Shown: positions 8,331 through 17,673, numbered from the stretch's first letter. The stretch is 32,000 nucleotides of DNA from Acaryochloris marina S15 (GCF_018336915.1 NZ_CP064923.1:1530001-1562000); one strand, 5' to 3'. Numbers and translations: made by a program. The notes: generated by a model from the letters alone, not told the origin.

Positions 8331-8383
8331 TGATGTTGTGGAGGGGGTACCCAAGGCCTCTACAGGAATATGACACTCGGTGT

Positions 8384-8468
8384 CTAGCCAAACATAAGTC
8401 TTTTTGTGGCTTCTAGATATTTCCCTGTCAAAGCAGAGGCAGTTTCTTCGCGCATCATACCAATAGCC
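8384..8468 (-). repeat. Copy A of an 85-bp duplicated gene tail
   Basis: About 67/85 identical to 12670-12754 by hand count (51/58 in the core 8411-8468 versus 12697-12754). Same orientation, and both copies end on a stop codon. Confidence 0.8.
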
Positions 8469-8536
8469 CTAAGGCTTTCGTCATGCCTCCGTTGAATCAG
8501 CTCTGGCAAGAATTGGGCCTCTGTCCCTGCGTCCAT
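8384..8536 (-). CDS. Small 50-aa ORF, possibly the 3' part of a frameshifted ~88-aa gene (alternative ATG at 8649 in another frame)
   Basis: Below the track's size threshold. Translation: MDAGTEAQFLPELIQRRHDESLRAIGMMREETASALTGKYLEATKRLMFG*. Its C-terminal 28 codons are conserved at the protein level in a second copy at 12670-12754. The frame is open upstream only to 8584. Confidence 0.3.
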   Translation of the reverse strand: MDAGTEAQFLPELIQRRHDESLRAIGMMREETASALTGKYLEATKRLMFG

Positions 8537-8702
8537 TAGATGTTCTAAAGAATACCCTGAGGGACCCGTTTGTTGGAGATAGAGCTAGACCCACTTTTTC
8601 TAAAACAATCGGGACAAGCACTTCAGGTATAACACTGTCAGAATTCATAGCGTAAAAAATAATGGCTATATCTAAGGAATGAGGTGAGCCAGAAGAGATC
8701 TA

Positions 8703-10439
8703 CTACCAGCTCTCACCAGCTCCACCGCCACCACTACTACCTCCGCCAAAGTCACTCCCTCCACTGCTGCCACCATAGTCACCACCGCTATAGCTACTGC
8801 CACTGTCATAACTGCTGCTATAGCTTGATGAACTAGAACTGGAATATGAAGTTTTTGAGACTCGCGGGATCGTCACTCGTTCTTCCGTTTTCTGATGACA
8901 GCAAGCACATTCCCGAGTCAAGAGTTCTTCCCCATTAGAAGTGGTTGTCGCTTTCTCCAAGATTTCTGATGTGCTCGTCACCGTAAAAGCATTACAGTCA
9001 TCACAATGCGAGAATTTATAAGGATTCAGAACTTCTTGAAAAAGATGGAGATCAAATCCCATATCTGCTTGGGCAGAACTACAGGTTGGACATTGCCAAC
9101 CTTCAAACTGAGTACTGCCTATTTCTTTGGCAACTTTCTCTGCAGGTTTAAGGTATTCATCTAAGGTTTGATCCCCTAAATACTGCATCAGGCCATTACA
9201 AGATTGACATCGTACATCGATGTTGCAGGAAGGCGATCGCAACAACCGTAGCGTCCCTGCAGAGGCACCCCCCACCGCAGCAAACAAAGCAACAAAAACA
9301 TTTATGCTTCTGATACTGCTGGCCACAATCAGTACAACAGGAACGGCTACAAGGCCAAAAATCAACAGCTTGCTCAAGGTTGTTATGACTGCACTAGCGC
9401 CATTTTCATCACGCTTATTACAGCACCAAATTTCAAACCCAAACCAACCCCAGATCAGTAGTAATTTCAAGGCACTATAGCCTTCAATAATCGAAGATGC
9501 TAGCCAAAGACCGATTGCCAGCCCCAAGAAAGTGCACCAGCTTTGAAACACTTCTGTCGTCGGGTTAAATACGAGTCTGGTTTTAAGAGGCCGTCGTGGT
9601 CCATCATGACTCGTCACATCTCCTGCCAACCACCGTAATACCCAAACCCACAAACCCATCAAATTCAGTGATGTGTCTCTCTTCTCTTCATAAGTCGTGC
9701 GGCCTACTGGAGCGAACTTAAAGGAATGGCTCTTTCTAACGACTTTTACCAGCACAAACGATGTAGCCGTCACCACCCCTGTTGCAATAAAACCAACGAT
9801 TCCCTTAATAATGAGGTCGAAATTTTCAAAGATCCAAATGAGCCAGCCTAAATCAACAGACTCTCCTGACTCTTCACGGGTCGGCGGGGCAATGGTTCCA
9901 CCTTCTAAAACCTGGATGATTGCCTGAGTTCCTTTGACGATACCTGTATCAAAATTGCCTTGCTTAAAGTAAGGAGTAACCTGGGTGCGAAGAATATTGC
10001 CCACTTTCGCATCGGGGAGAATAGACTCTACGCCATATCCAGTCTCAATTTCTGTCCGGCGTTCGTTCTTCGAGACTAGAAATAAAATGCCATTGTCTTC
10101 CCCTTTTTTACCAATGCCCCAGGTATTAAATAGTTCAGTCGTAAACGCTTTGGGGGTTGCAGATGGTTGGGTATCGGGTACAGTTACCACTGCAATTTCG
10201 GCACCATTCCTTGCTTCCAACGCTGTAATCATCTGATTTAGCTGTGCTTCGCTGTCGGGACTGAGCACATCGGCCATATCCATCACCCAGTTATTGTCCT
10301 GGCGAGGGTTAGGAACTTCAGAGACTGGAATGGCCTGACTCGGCATCAGTGAGGATAGGGATAGAAGCAGGCTAAACCCCAGGGCAAAGAGGAAGGTCAG
10401 CGAGGTGCGCTCTCGCTGTCTAAGTCTGTTGGCAAACAT
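8703..10439 (-). CDS. TPM (YgcG-like) domain membrane protein with polytopic TM region, 4xCxxC zinc-ribbon-like module and Gly/Ser-rich tail
   Basis: Domains in order:
- Signal-like N-terminus.
- TPM block VMDMADVLSPDSEAQLNQMITALEARNGAEIAVVTVPD...GILFLVSKNERRTEIETGYG.
- About 5-6 hydrophobic segments.
- Cys pairs CQSC..CPTC..CDDC..CACC (aa 411-514).
- YgcG-type tail ...GGSSGGGGAGESW. Confidence 0.8.
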   Translation of the reverse strand: MFANRLRQRERTSLTFLFALGFSLLLSLSSLMPSQAIPVSEVPNPRQDNNWVMDMADVLSPDSEAQLNQMITALEARNGAEIAVVTVPDTQPSATPKAFTTELFNTWGIGKKGEDNGILFLVSKNERRTEIETGYGVESILPDAKVGNILRTQVTPYFKQGNFDTGIVKGTQAIIQVLEGGTIAPPTREESGESVDLGWLIWIFENFDLIIKGIVGFIATGVVTATSFVLVKVVRKSHSFKFAPVGRTTYEEKRDTSLNLMGLWVWVLRWLAGDVTSHDGPRRPLKTRLVFNPTTEVFQSWCTFLGLAIGLWLASSIIEGYSALKLLLIWGWFGFEIWCCNKRDENGASAVITTLSKLLIFGLVAVPVVLIVASSIRSINVFVALFAAVGGASAGTLRLLRSPSCNIDVRCQSCNGLMQYLGDQTLDEYLKPAEKVAKEIGSTQFEGWQCPTCSSAQADMGFDLHLFQEVLNPYKFSHCDDCNAFTVTSTSEILEKATTTSNGEELLTRECACCHQKTEERVTIPRVSKTSYSSSSSSSYSSSYDSGSSYSGGDYGGSSGGSDFGGGSSGGGGAGESW

Positions 10440-10744
10440 ATGTTGAATTAGCCTGTATTAAGGCTCTTAAGCAGCTATTTCTGGATATCTTTAGCATGCC
10501 CAGGATGGCCCCTATCCTGCTGAATCGTGGTTCAGGCAAGGGTCATCCGTGATACCGATCGCCCCATAAATACCAGAATTTAGCACTCTATCAGATTAGA
10601 ATCATCACCCCAAAATATGATGTAGAGCATTTGCAAATTAGACATCAGTTTTCTTGAAATAATCGGCCCCTCTCTCTGGAGGAATGATTAGATTGGAGTG
10701 CAACTCACCAGAAGACGTTGCAATAGATCTTGGAGGCCAGGAAG

Positions 10745-12376
10745 CTACGGTTTTATGAGTCGGTGTAAGTAGCAGGGTATGCTTACATAAACTTCAGAAG
10801 ACTGGTCACAATAAACGCATCGACCGACGATCAGCTTTTCGCCATCTACAAACCATTGTGCAGGTTGAACCACCCGAGCTTTACGATTTCGAACCGTATA
10901 GGCATCACACTCACTGCAATATCCAAACTTATCGGATTTCACAACTTCACGAAATAGATGAATACTGACATCGGTTTCTGTATGAGCAGGGCGACAAGTT
11001 GGACATTCCCAACCCACATGGCAGGTACTTTTAAGGGTTTTTGCTGCTTTTTCAGCTGGTTTTAAATAGCTCTCTATAGTTTTAGGTTCCAGGCATTGCA
11101 TCAGGCCATTACAGGATTGACAGTGTACTTCGGTGTAACGGGTGAGGGATCGCATCAGCAGTAACGTTCCCGCCCAAGCACCACCGAAAGCAGTGATGAG
11201 GTAAGGGGTTAATGCGGTCCTATAAATAAAAATATTCAGGATGCTAGCCAATATCAAGACTAAAATAATGGCGACTACATTACTGCGAAAAAGTCCACGA
11301 AATAGCGATATGGTTTCGCTGCCACCGTGATCGTCATGTTTAGCCCACCACCACAGTTCATACCCCAACCAAATGACCAGAAAACCCATGACCAATCCAT
11401 GGACATGGCGTACTGCCGTCTGATGGGAGAACACCACCCCTACAGATGAATAGGAGCCAAAGAAAATCCACCAGCTTTGAATGATTGGGCGAGTAAAATG
11501 AATTCCTTTATAGATAGGGAGAGTTTCTTCTCCCCCGACCGCTACCTTGCCTGTCCGCAACCAATGCAGTAGGGACGTCCGTATCCACCATAATCGACTG
11601 CCCTGGTTGGACAAGGTTGTACACCCCACTGGAGCAACCCGAAGCACTTGGCTTTTACGAACAATACTCATCAGCACAACCGCTGGAATCAGAACCAATG
11701 CCGCGAAGGTGAGACTCCACAAAACCAAGGTAGAGATAAAGAAACCGAGAGCCACGACAAACATCATCAGGATGACACCAATGATCGGAACATCGGCTGG
11801 CAGCGAGTAGATCTCTGATGGGTCCTCCTGTTCAAGCACCTCGATTACTGCTTGAGCACCATTAACGATACCTGCCTCAAAGGATCCTTGTTCCAAAGCA
11901 GGATAGATTTGGGTGGTCAGAATTTTATCGATTGTCCTCAGGGAAAGATCTAGGGTTTTTACATCCTTTCCTGTTTTAATGGCTGCATGGGGTTCCTCTT
12001 CAGAGACCAACAACAATATACAATCACTCTTCGCTTGCTCATCTATTTCCCAATGATTCAGCAGTTCATCAGCGAACTCGCTGGATGAAGCTAACGGCTT
12101 TATATCCGGCACCGTTACCACTATCAATTCGGTTCCACGCTTAGCGACTAACCCATCGATCATCTGCTTCAGTTGTTGCTCACTATCCCATCGGAGGATA
12201 TTCGCCTGATCCATGACCCAATTATTATCTTGACGCGGATCAGACACGTCAGATACTGGAATGGCTCGGCTCGGGGAGAGGGAGCCGAGGAATAGCCACA
12301 AGCTTATCCCTACAGCTAAAACAACTGTCCATAAGGGACGATAGTGATGTCCTTGTCTTTTTAAATTCACAATCAC
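10745..12376 (-). CDS. Paralogous TPM domain membrane protein with 4xCxxC module (no Gly/Ser tail)
   Basis: Same architecture as 8703-10439: VMDQANILRWDSEQQLKQMIDGLVAKRGTELIVVTVPD, TM segments, CQSC..CPTC..CSEC..CVYC. GTG start. Confidence 0.8.
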   Translation of the reverse strand: MIVNLKRQGHHYRPLWTVVLAVGISLWLFLGSLSPSRAIPVSDVSDPRQDNNWVMDQANILRWDSEQQLKQMIDGLVAKRGTELIVVTVPDIKPLASSSEFADELLNHWEIDEQAKSDCILLLVSEEEPHAAIKTGKDVKTLDLSLRTIDKILTTQIYPALEQGSFEAGIVNGAQAVIEVLEQEDPSEIYSLPADVPIIGVILMMFVVALGFFISTLVLWSLTFAALVLIPAVVLMSIVRKSQVLRVAPVGCTTLSNQGSRLWWIRTSLLHWLRTGKVAVGGEETLPIYKGIHFTRPIIQSWWIFFGSYSSVGVVFSHQTAVRHVHGLVMGFLVIWLGYELWWWAKHDDHGGSETISLFRGLFRSNVVAIILVLILASILNIFIYRTALTPYLITAFGGAWAGTLLLMRSLTRYTEVHCQSCNGLMQCLEPKTIESYLKPAEKAAKTLKSTCHVGWECPTCRPAHTETDVSIHLFREVVKSDKFGYCSECDAYTVRNRKARVVQPAQWFVDGEKLIVGRCVYCDQSSEVYVSIPCYLHRLIKP

Positions 12377-12669
12377 TAGAGATTTAAGTTACCCAGGAAT
12401 GGCGAGAGAAGTATTTATCGAACAACTCAAGGGATATCCATCAACTTTCCCAAATTCAATGAACGATTCGGCAAAAATAAGGAAGAAAGTTGAAAATTAC
12501 CCACGGACTTTCCCTGGCAATTTGGATGTTAAATTGGCGAACCTACCGATATGGTGAAATCCCCCTCACCAGCTTGAACCATGTCGCAAAGTCGGTTAGC
12601 CACCGTCACCAAACTAGCCCCGTATCATGGCTTTCCATCCCCTCTAGGAACATGACCAAAACAGCACCG

Positions 12670-12754
12670 TTAAGTAAAAATCAGACTTTCTGCCGTTTCT
12701 AGATATTTTTCAGTCAAAGCAGACGCAGTTGCTTGGCGCATCATACCAATAGCG
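12670..12754 (-). repeat. Copy B of the 85-bp duplicated gene tail (truncated small-gene remnant)
   Basis: Encodes ...AIGMMRQATASALTEKYLETAESLIFT*, compared with copy A ...AIGMMREETASALTGKYLEATKRLMFG*. Homology stops exactly at the SWIM gene stop codon (12755-12757). Confidence 0.8.
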
Positions 12755-14398
12755 CTACGAAACTGCCCGACTATGCTGCATCCGTAGAGCCAGAATATGC
12801 TCGCAGGGGCCTTTGAAGAGCTTATTTTGCTGATGCCAATTGCAAGTACATTCGCCGTGAACCATTCGCTCATCCCGATCAATGGCCACAATCGGCTGCA
12901 ATGTCTTATCCCCATGCTGAACCGTGCCTTGTAACAGCAGGGTACCCTTCCCATCCACCGAAGACTGACTAACCCGCACCGCATTTTGATCCAAGAATCG
13001 CGTGGCTTGGGCTTCCCGTTCATTGCTAAAGCGCAGCTTATCCATGGGGAGCGGATCGCGGGAGAGTTCTCGCACTCGGTAGACCTGCTTGTTGAGATCA
13101 TAAATGGCTCGTCCTGCTTGGGTATAGGCACTCAGTGCCCCTAACACCACGGACTGATCCAGCCCTAAACGCCTAGCCAGATCAGCCGGCGACTCCACCC
13201 AATTCTGTTTCAAGGCTTCAAATACCTGGCGCTTTGTCCAATCATCCACCTGGGCACGGGGGGCCATTAGGTCAAAATTTCCTGCTCGTGACCAATCATT
13301 GGCGGTCCATCCCGATAGACCTAACGTAAAGGACATATCGTTGAGGTCTGCCACGTAGAACGAGGGCAGTCCTGTACCCAACAAATGCACCGTAAACTTA
13401 CGGGCGACTGGAATCAGACGTTCTAAAATCATTAATCGTCGTCGTCCCCAAACTCGTACCATTTCTGGTTTATGCCCCTGATAAATAGAGCGGGCACAAA
13501 CAATTTCTTGGTCCCAGGGTTCTAGAACCATCCGAATCGGTTCTCCAGGAGTGAGGTGATAGCGGAGGCTGCGAGGGCCATGCTTTTCCCGGCGTCGGCG
13601 GAGGGCAAAGCAGAGGTTGTAAATATCCATCGGATGCAGGTCGAATTGGATGGCTGGCAGGGCCATGGCCGAACTGACTTGTAAAAAGCCTCGCACCCAA
13701 GTGTCGGGCAAATCAATTTTGACTTCTTTGTAGGCAGCCGTTCCCGTCGTTTCCACCTCAAAGCCAGAGGGATCGACTTCTAAAAGGGTTTGCCGGTAGC
13801 TGCGAATTTTTTGAAATTCGTCGTACAGGGTTGCTGAGTAGTCGACATTGGTGGTGCCACAGGCAAAGTCATTGACCTGATCAAAAACGTTATAGCTGGC
13901 ACCCAAGCGGCCATAACTGGACTCATCCTGGCTAAAACACTCAAAGAAAACCTCATCCGGATGAACCGTAATCACTGGGTCGAGGACAAACCAGGCATCA
14001 TAATCTTTGCGATAGAGATAGTTAAAATACTGTTGTCTAGCCTGATAAAACGGAGCTAACCGATTTGAACTACGGCGATGCAGGTCTGTGAGTTCAGCTT
14101 GAAAGGCTTCGAGTTTTTCGGTGACCTCTTGACGTTGAGCAGCCACCCGTTGCCAATCAATATCATCCCGCTGAGCCGCCCAGGCTTTATAAGCCGTTTT
14201 ATCTTGAGGCTGAAATCGCAAGTCAGAAACCACTACATCATGGAGGGCGCTGATGGCTTCGCGAAAAGCAATATTTTGCTGCAACTGTCCTCGAAAATAG
14301 GTCGGTTCGCGGGTCAAGTCTGGGGAGAAGGACATTTGGGCTTGGTCGCCTTGTCCCGATACCTGGCTATTCCGTTTGTAGTTGTAGTTAAACTCCAT
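12755..14398 (-). CDS. SWIM zinc-finger family protein (YehQ-like)
   Basis: C-terminal CxCx(n)CxH motif: CTCNWHQQNKLFKGPCEHILAL. The likely start is the MEFNYNYK ATG at 14398, 29 nt after the upstream stop. The tracked start at 14554 would overlap the upstream gene by 127 nt. Confidence 0.8.
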   Translation of the reverse strand: MEFNYNYKRNSQVSGQGDQAQMSFSPDLTREPTYFRGQLQQNIAFREAISALHDVVVSDLRFQPQDKTAYKAWAAQRDDIDWQRVAAQRQEVTEKLEAFQAELTDLHRRSSNRLAPFYQARQQYFNYLYRKDYDAWFVLDPVITVHPDEVFFECFSQDESSYGRLGASYNVFDQVNDFACGTTNVDYSATLYDEFQKIRSYRQTLLEVDPSGFEVETTGTAAYKEVKIDLPDTWVRGFLQVSSAMALPAIQFDLHPMDIYNLCFALRRRREKHGPRSLRYHLTPGEPIRMVLEPWDQEIVCARSIYQGHKPEMVRVWGRRRLMILERLIPVARKFTVHLLGTGLPSFYVADLNDMSFTLGLSGWTANDWSRAGNFDLMAPRAQVDDWTKRQVFEALKQNWVESPADLARRLGLDQSVVLGALSAYTQAGRAIYDLNKQVYRVRELSRDPLPMDKLRFSNEREAQATRFLDQNAVRVSQSSVDGKGTLLLQGTVQHGDKTLQPIVAIDRDERMVHGECTCNWHQQNKLFKGPCEHILALRMQHSRAVS

Positions 14399-14427
14399 GC
14401 AAACTCTCTCGACTTCAGGATTGACGG

Positions 14428-17400
14428 TTAAATACTTGAGGACAAGGCAGCAGGCTCTCGCACGGCGACGGGCTTTACCTGTAGAGGCACTGAGATCTGG
14501 GGATAGGCGCTGTGAATTTTTAATAAAATCTCCAATGCCCGAGCGCGATCGCAAATGGCAATCGTCACGGACTGGCGAGTCAGAATCTCGGCAATAATCT
14601 CTGCTGCGGTTAAGCTTTTGGTTGCTTCCGCTTCCAGGAAGGCATAGACCCGCTGCTTGGTCACCCGACCTCGATTTACTTGGGCTAACACCCGAGTAAA
14701 ATACGGCGTTAGCTCTTGCAGTCGCTGGGGATTATCCACCACATAGGTCTGCAGGTATTGGGTGGCAAACAGCTGCATATCGGTAGCAGGATGCTCACTA
14801 AATTTGAGCAAATAACCTTCCCCATCTGCATCACGAAAACATCGACTGACCAGATCTCGCCCCAGTTGGCGAACCTGGGGAAGATTACTATCACAAATAC
14901 TAATAACCACCGCAGGGGTCAGCTCATCGGGCTTCAGATCATCGCGAAACAGCTTAAATCCAAACTGGCGGGTATCTTCCCATGTGGACTCCAATACCCG
15001 GACGATATCCAGCAGATCCGATTCGCTCTGTCGTAACCGAGGCAAGATCGCTTCCAACATCTGCCATCCGGCTGTGCGTACAGACAGCATGTCATGGTGA
15101 GTGAATTGGGCAATATCAGCAGTGGGGAGGGTAGCAGACCAGGGATCGCAATGATGCTGCAACACATAACCCGCAATTTCCTGGGCTGCAGGAGAGTCTG
15201 ATTCTAGGAGTTTGTGAACCTGCTCAGGAGTAATATTGTCCATCCATCCCGGTAGAGCCTGGCGCAGCAGTTCCGTTAAAAAGCGATGAATGCCTTCCGT
15301 TTCTTCTGGCCCTTGCAATACCTCCAGCAGAGGTTGGGCTAGATGCTGACTAAAGCTAAGTTGGGCAGCAGCTATGCGCTGAATCGCTGGACGGATCGCC
15401 AAACGCATTTCGGCAAGGGGATGAGCGATCAGGGTGAGCAATAGCCCTGTTTGCTCCATCAGAACGGTATCGGGTAATTGACTGAGCAGTCGTACCCCAA
15501 CTACCCGCACGGAATCGAAGGGGGAATCAATCAGGGCATCAATCAGCCCCGGTGGGAGTTCTGTCACCGGAGTGGAATGGTTCAGCAGAATCCGCGCCCC
15601 AAAGGTCTGCATCTCAGCAGCGGGGTATCGCAAGATATCCAACACCACTTCCAACCCGAGGGTCCGCAGTTGAGCGCCAAAACTGAGAAAGAGGGTTTCG
15701 CTAATATCCGTGATCCAGTCCTCTGACGGGATGTTTTCGGGCTCCTGGTTTAAGAGAATGGCAATCACCTGACCCAAAATCGCCCGTGCCCTCGTATCTT
15801 CTAGCAAAGCTTTACTCAACAGTCGTCGAGTAAAGGCCCGCATATCGGCGGGTTTGCAGGTTACCAACTGGGCGATTAGCTGACTGTCGTTGAGAAACAC
15901 ATCTCGCTGAGCGGTAATCCAGGCTTGGGCTTGCTGGCGAGCGGGGGCATAGTTACAGGTTGCGATCGCAACCATCAATTCCCGATTCGGTTGGGAGGCA
16001 TCATAACGGGCCTGGGCTATTTCAAATCCCAACTGAGCCGTAATTTCATAGGGGCGCTCCAGCAGAAGAATCACGCTCTCCAAGGGTAGGCTCTCCAGGA
16101 AGGACCGACTAGCCCGAATGGCTTTAACCGCAAACTCATGCACCGGTTGGCAGCCGCTTTCCGACAATAAACGCAGCAAAGCGACCGGCTGTTGGTCCCA
16201 CAAATGGGGAAAGGCCTCTTCCCGTTCAGGGGGAGCTGGATCACCCGGCTTATAGGAGGACTGACAGCGCCAGGCTTTATTCGCAGGCTTAAGAACATAG
16301 CGAGGGCTCTGTTCATAGAGGACATGGTTAAAGGCGAGATACCCGGCAAAGAGATCCCAGTTAACGCGGCCCGTTTCCACCCGGCTATAGCTATTGCGCC
16401 AATCCCAGTGATAGAAAACCGACTCCCGAACCGACCCGGCATCCTCATCGGCATATTGCAATAACAGATCAACCGCAAACGTGACATAGCTTGAGTCTCC
16501 AGCCTGACCCAGCTTACGTAAAGTCCGCCAAACCCTCCGCCGCAGGTAGTCTCGGGTCTTGTCGCTAAAGGCTAACCGAGTGTCTGGACGTCGCTGTTCT
16601 GTCGTGATCGGATTATCAGTGGTCCGCTCATAGCGTCCGGTGCGGGAATTATAGGTATATCCGGCATAGAGGTATTCCCCATCCGGCAGTCGCACACCAT
16701 AGCCTTGGTTACGATATAGCGCTTTTTCTTGCTCAAACCGATAGGCCAGCAGGCCAAAGACTTCGGTATCCTGCCGATATTCAGCCATTTTGAAAATATG
16801 CCGCAGTCGCTGGAAGTAGCTGGGGCGCAGGGGTGCTGTTTGAATTACCTCAAGCACAGCGGGTCGAGTCACCTCACTATCGATCTGATACAGCAGATCG
16901 AGCACGGCCAAGGTCTGGGGAGAGGCATTCGGATCTAAGGTACTTTTGAGGGTTTGCGTCAAAGCGCTGGCTGGACCTTGTCGAGTCAAGGTTCGCAAAT
17001 CCGGTGGTAACTGCACCATTAGCTCTTGCCGCAGGGCATCTCGTTGGGCCGCAGTTCCTAGTTTGAACAGCGCTTCTAGGGTAATACGCTGCACAAACTC
17101 TGCCCCAGGCTGACGGTAACGCTGTTCTAAGGCGGTATAGGTGCTTTGATCGCCACATTGACCTAGGGCCCAGGCGATACAGTAATTTCTCAGATCTTCT
17201 TGTCCCCAAAGTTGCAGCAACAAAGGAGCCGCAGCCTGAATTTTTAATTCCCCTGCTCGCCAGATCACCCGATTCAGGGGCCACTCCTTAGCCACAGGGC
17301 GAGTTGCTGCAGGAGATTGAAGGGCTGCTGCTAAGCGATTTAAGATAGCTTGCGATCGCACATTCGGATCAATCGGTGTCTCGACTGGGGCAGGTGTTGG

Positions 17401-17673
17401 GGAAGCCGTCGTTTCAGGTGGATTAGCTTCTCCCGTACTAACCCGATAGCCTTTCCGCAGCTTGGCATTGATCAGCCGGTCAAAAATACGCTGGGCCATT
17501 TCTAAAGGCACTGCAGAAACCGTTTCTGAACCTTCCTTTAAAGCAGTGCCTTGGCGACCATAGCGAAAATTGACCACATAAGCGCCCTCACTCACCTGGC
17601 ACAGATCCACCTCATACACTTTTTCAGTGCGACCCGCTTGATAAACCAGGGTGGTTCGCTGAATCAGTTGCAT
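14428..17673 (-). CDS. 1081-aa WGR domain protein with HEAT/ARM-like helical repeats (MolR-like)
   Basis: The N-terminal KVYEVDLCQVSEGAYVVNFRYGRQGTALKEG...LINAKLRKGYRV is WGR. HEAT_PBS-like repeats follow (VIWRAGELKIQAAAPLLLQL...CIAWALGQCGD). The remainder is alpha-helical. Confidence 0.75.
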   Translation of the reverse strand: MQLIQRTTLVYQAGRTEKVYEVDLCQVSEGAYVVNFRYGRQGTALKEGSETVSAVPLEMAQRIFDRLINAKLRKGYRVSTGEANPPETTASPTPAPVETPIDPNVRSQAILNRLAAALQSPAATRPVAKEWPLNRVIWRAGELKIQAAAPLLLQLWGQEDLRNYCIAWALGQCGDQSTYTALEQRYRQPGAEFVQRITLEALFKLGTAAQRDALRQELMVQLPPDLRTLTRQGPASALTQTLKSTLDPNASPQTLAVLDLLYQIDSEVTRPAVLEVIQTAPLRPSYFQRLRHIFKMAEYRQDTEVFGLLAYRFEQEKALYRNQGYGVRLPDGEYLYAGYTYNSRTGRYERTTDNPITTEQRRPDTRLAFSDKTRDYLRRRVWRTLRKLGQAGDSSYVTFAVDLLLQYADEDAGSVRESVFYHWDWRNSYSRVETGRVNWDLFAGYLAFNHVLYEQSPRYVLKPANKAWRCQSSYKPGDPAPPEREEAFPHLWDQQPVALLRLLSESGCQPVHEFAVKAIRASRSFLESLPLESVILLLERPYEITAQLGFEIAQARYDASQPNRELMVAIATCNYAPARQQAQAWITAQRDVFLNDSQLIAQLVTCKPADMRAFTRRLLSKALLEDTRARAILGQVIAILLNQEPENIPSEDWITDISETLFLSFGAQLRTLGLEVVLDILRYPAAEMQTFGARILLNHSTPVTELPPGLIDALIDSPFDSVRVVGVRLLSQLPDTVLMEQTGLLLTLIAHPLAEMRLAIRPAIQRIAAAQLSFSQHLAQPLLEVLQGPEETEGIHRFLTELLRQALPGWMDNITPEQVHKLLESDSPAAQEIAGYVLQHHCDPWSATLPTADIAQFTHHDMLSVRTAGWQMLEAILPRLRQSESDLLDIVRVLESTWEDTRQFGFKLFRDDLKPDELTPAVVISICDSNLPQVRQLGRDLVSRCFRDADGEGYLLKFSEHPATDMQLFATQYLQTYVVDNPQRLQELTPYFTRVLAQVNRGRVTKQRVYAFLEAEATKSLTAAEIIAEILTRQSVTIAICDRARALEILLKIHSAYPQISVPLQVKPVAVREPAALSSSI

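Noticed and set aside
8703-8860. Apparent DNA low-complexity / tandem repeat at the 3' end of the first TPM gene
   Set aside because: It is the coding sequence for the Gly/Ser/Tyr-rich YgcG-type tail, not a non-coding repeat or CRISPR-like array.
12670-13131. Tracked 153-aa minus-strand ORF
   Set aside because: It overlaps the SWIM gene in another frame for most of its length. Only its last ~28 codons (12670-12754) are meaningful, as a remnant of the small gene duplicated from 8384-8468.
14399-14554. Longer 5' extensions of tracked ORFs: SWIM gene to 14554, DUF6745-like to 19270, argS to 27978, exonuclease to 8354, small beta protein to 19526
   Set aside because: Each extension overlaps the upstream gene or lacks homology-like sequence. 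Internal ATGs give compact spacing, and for argS and the exonuclease they give N-termini that look like family consensus. The start choices remain unverified.
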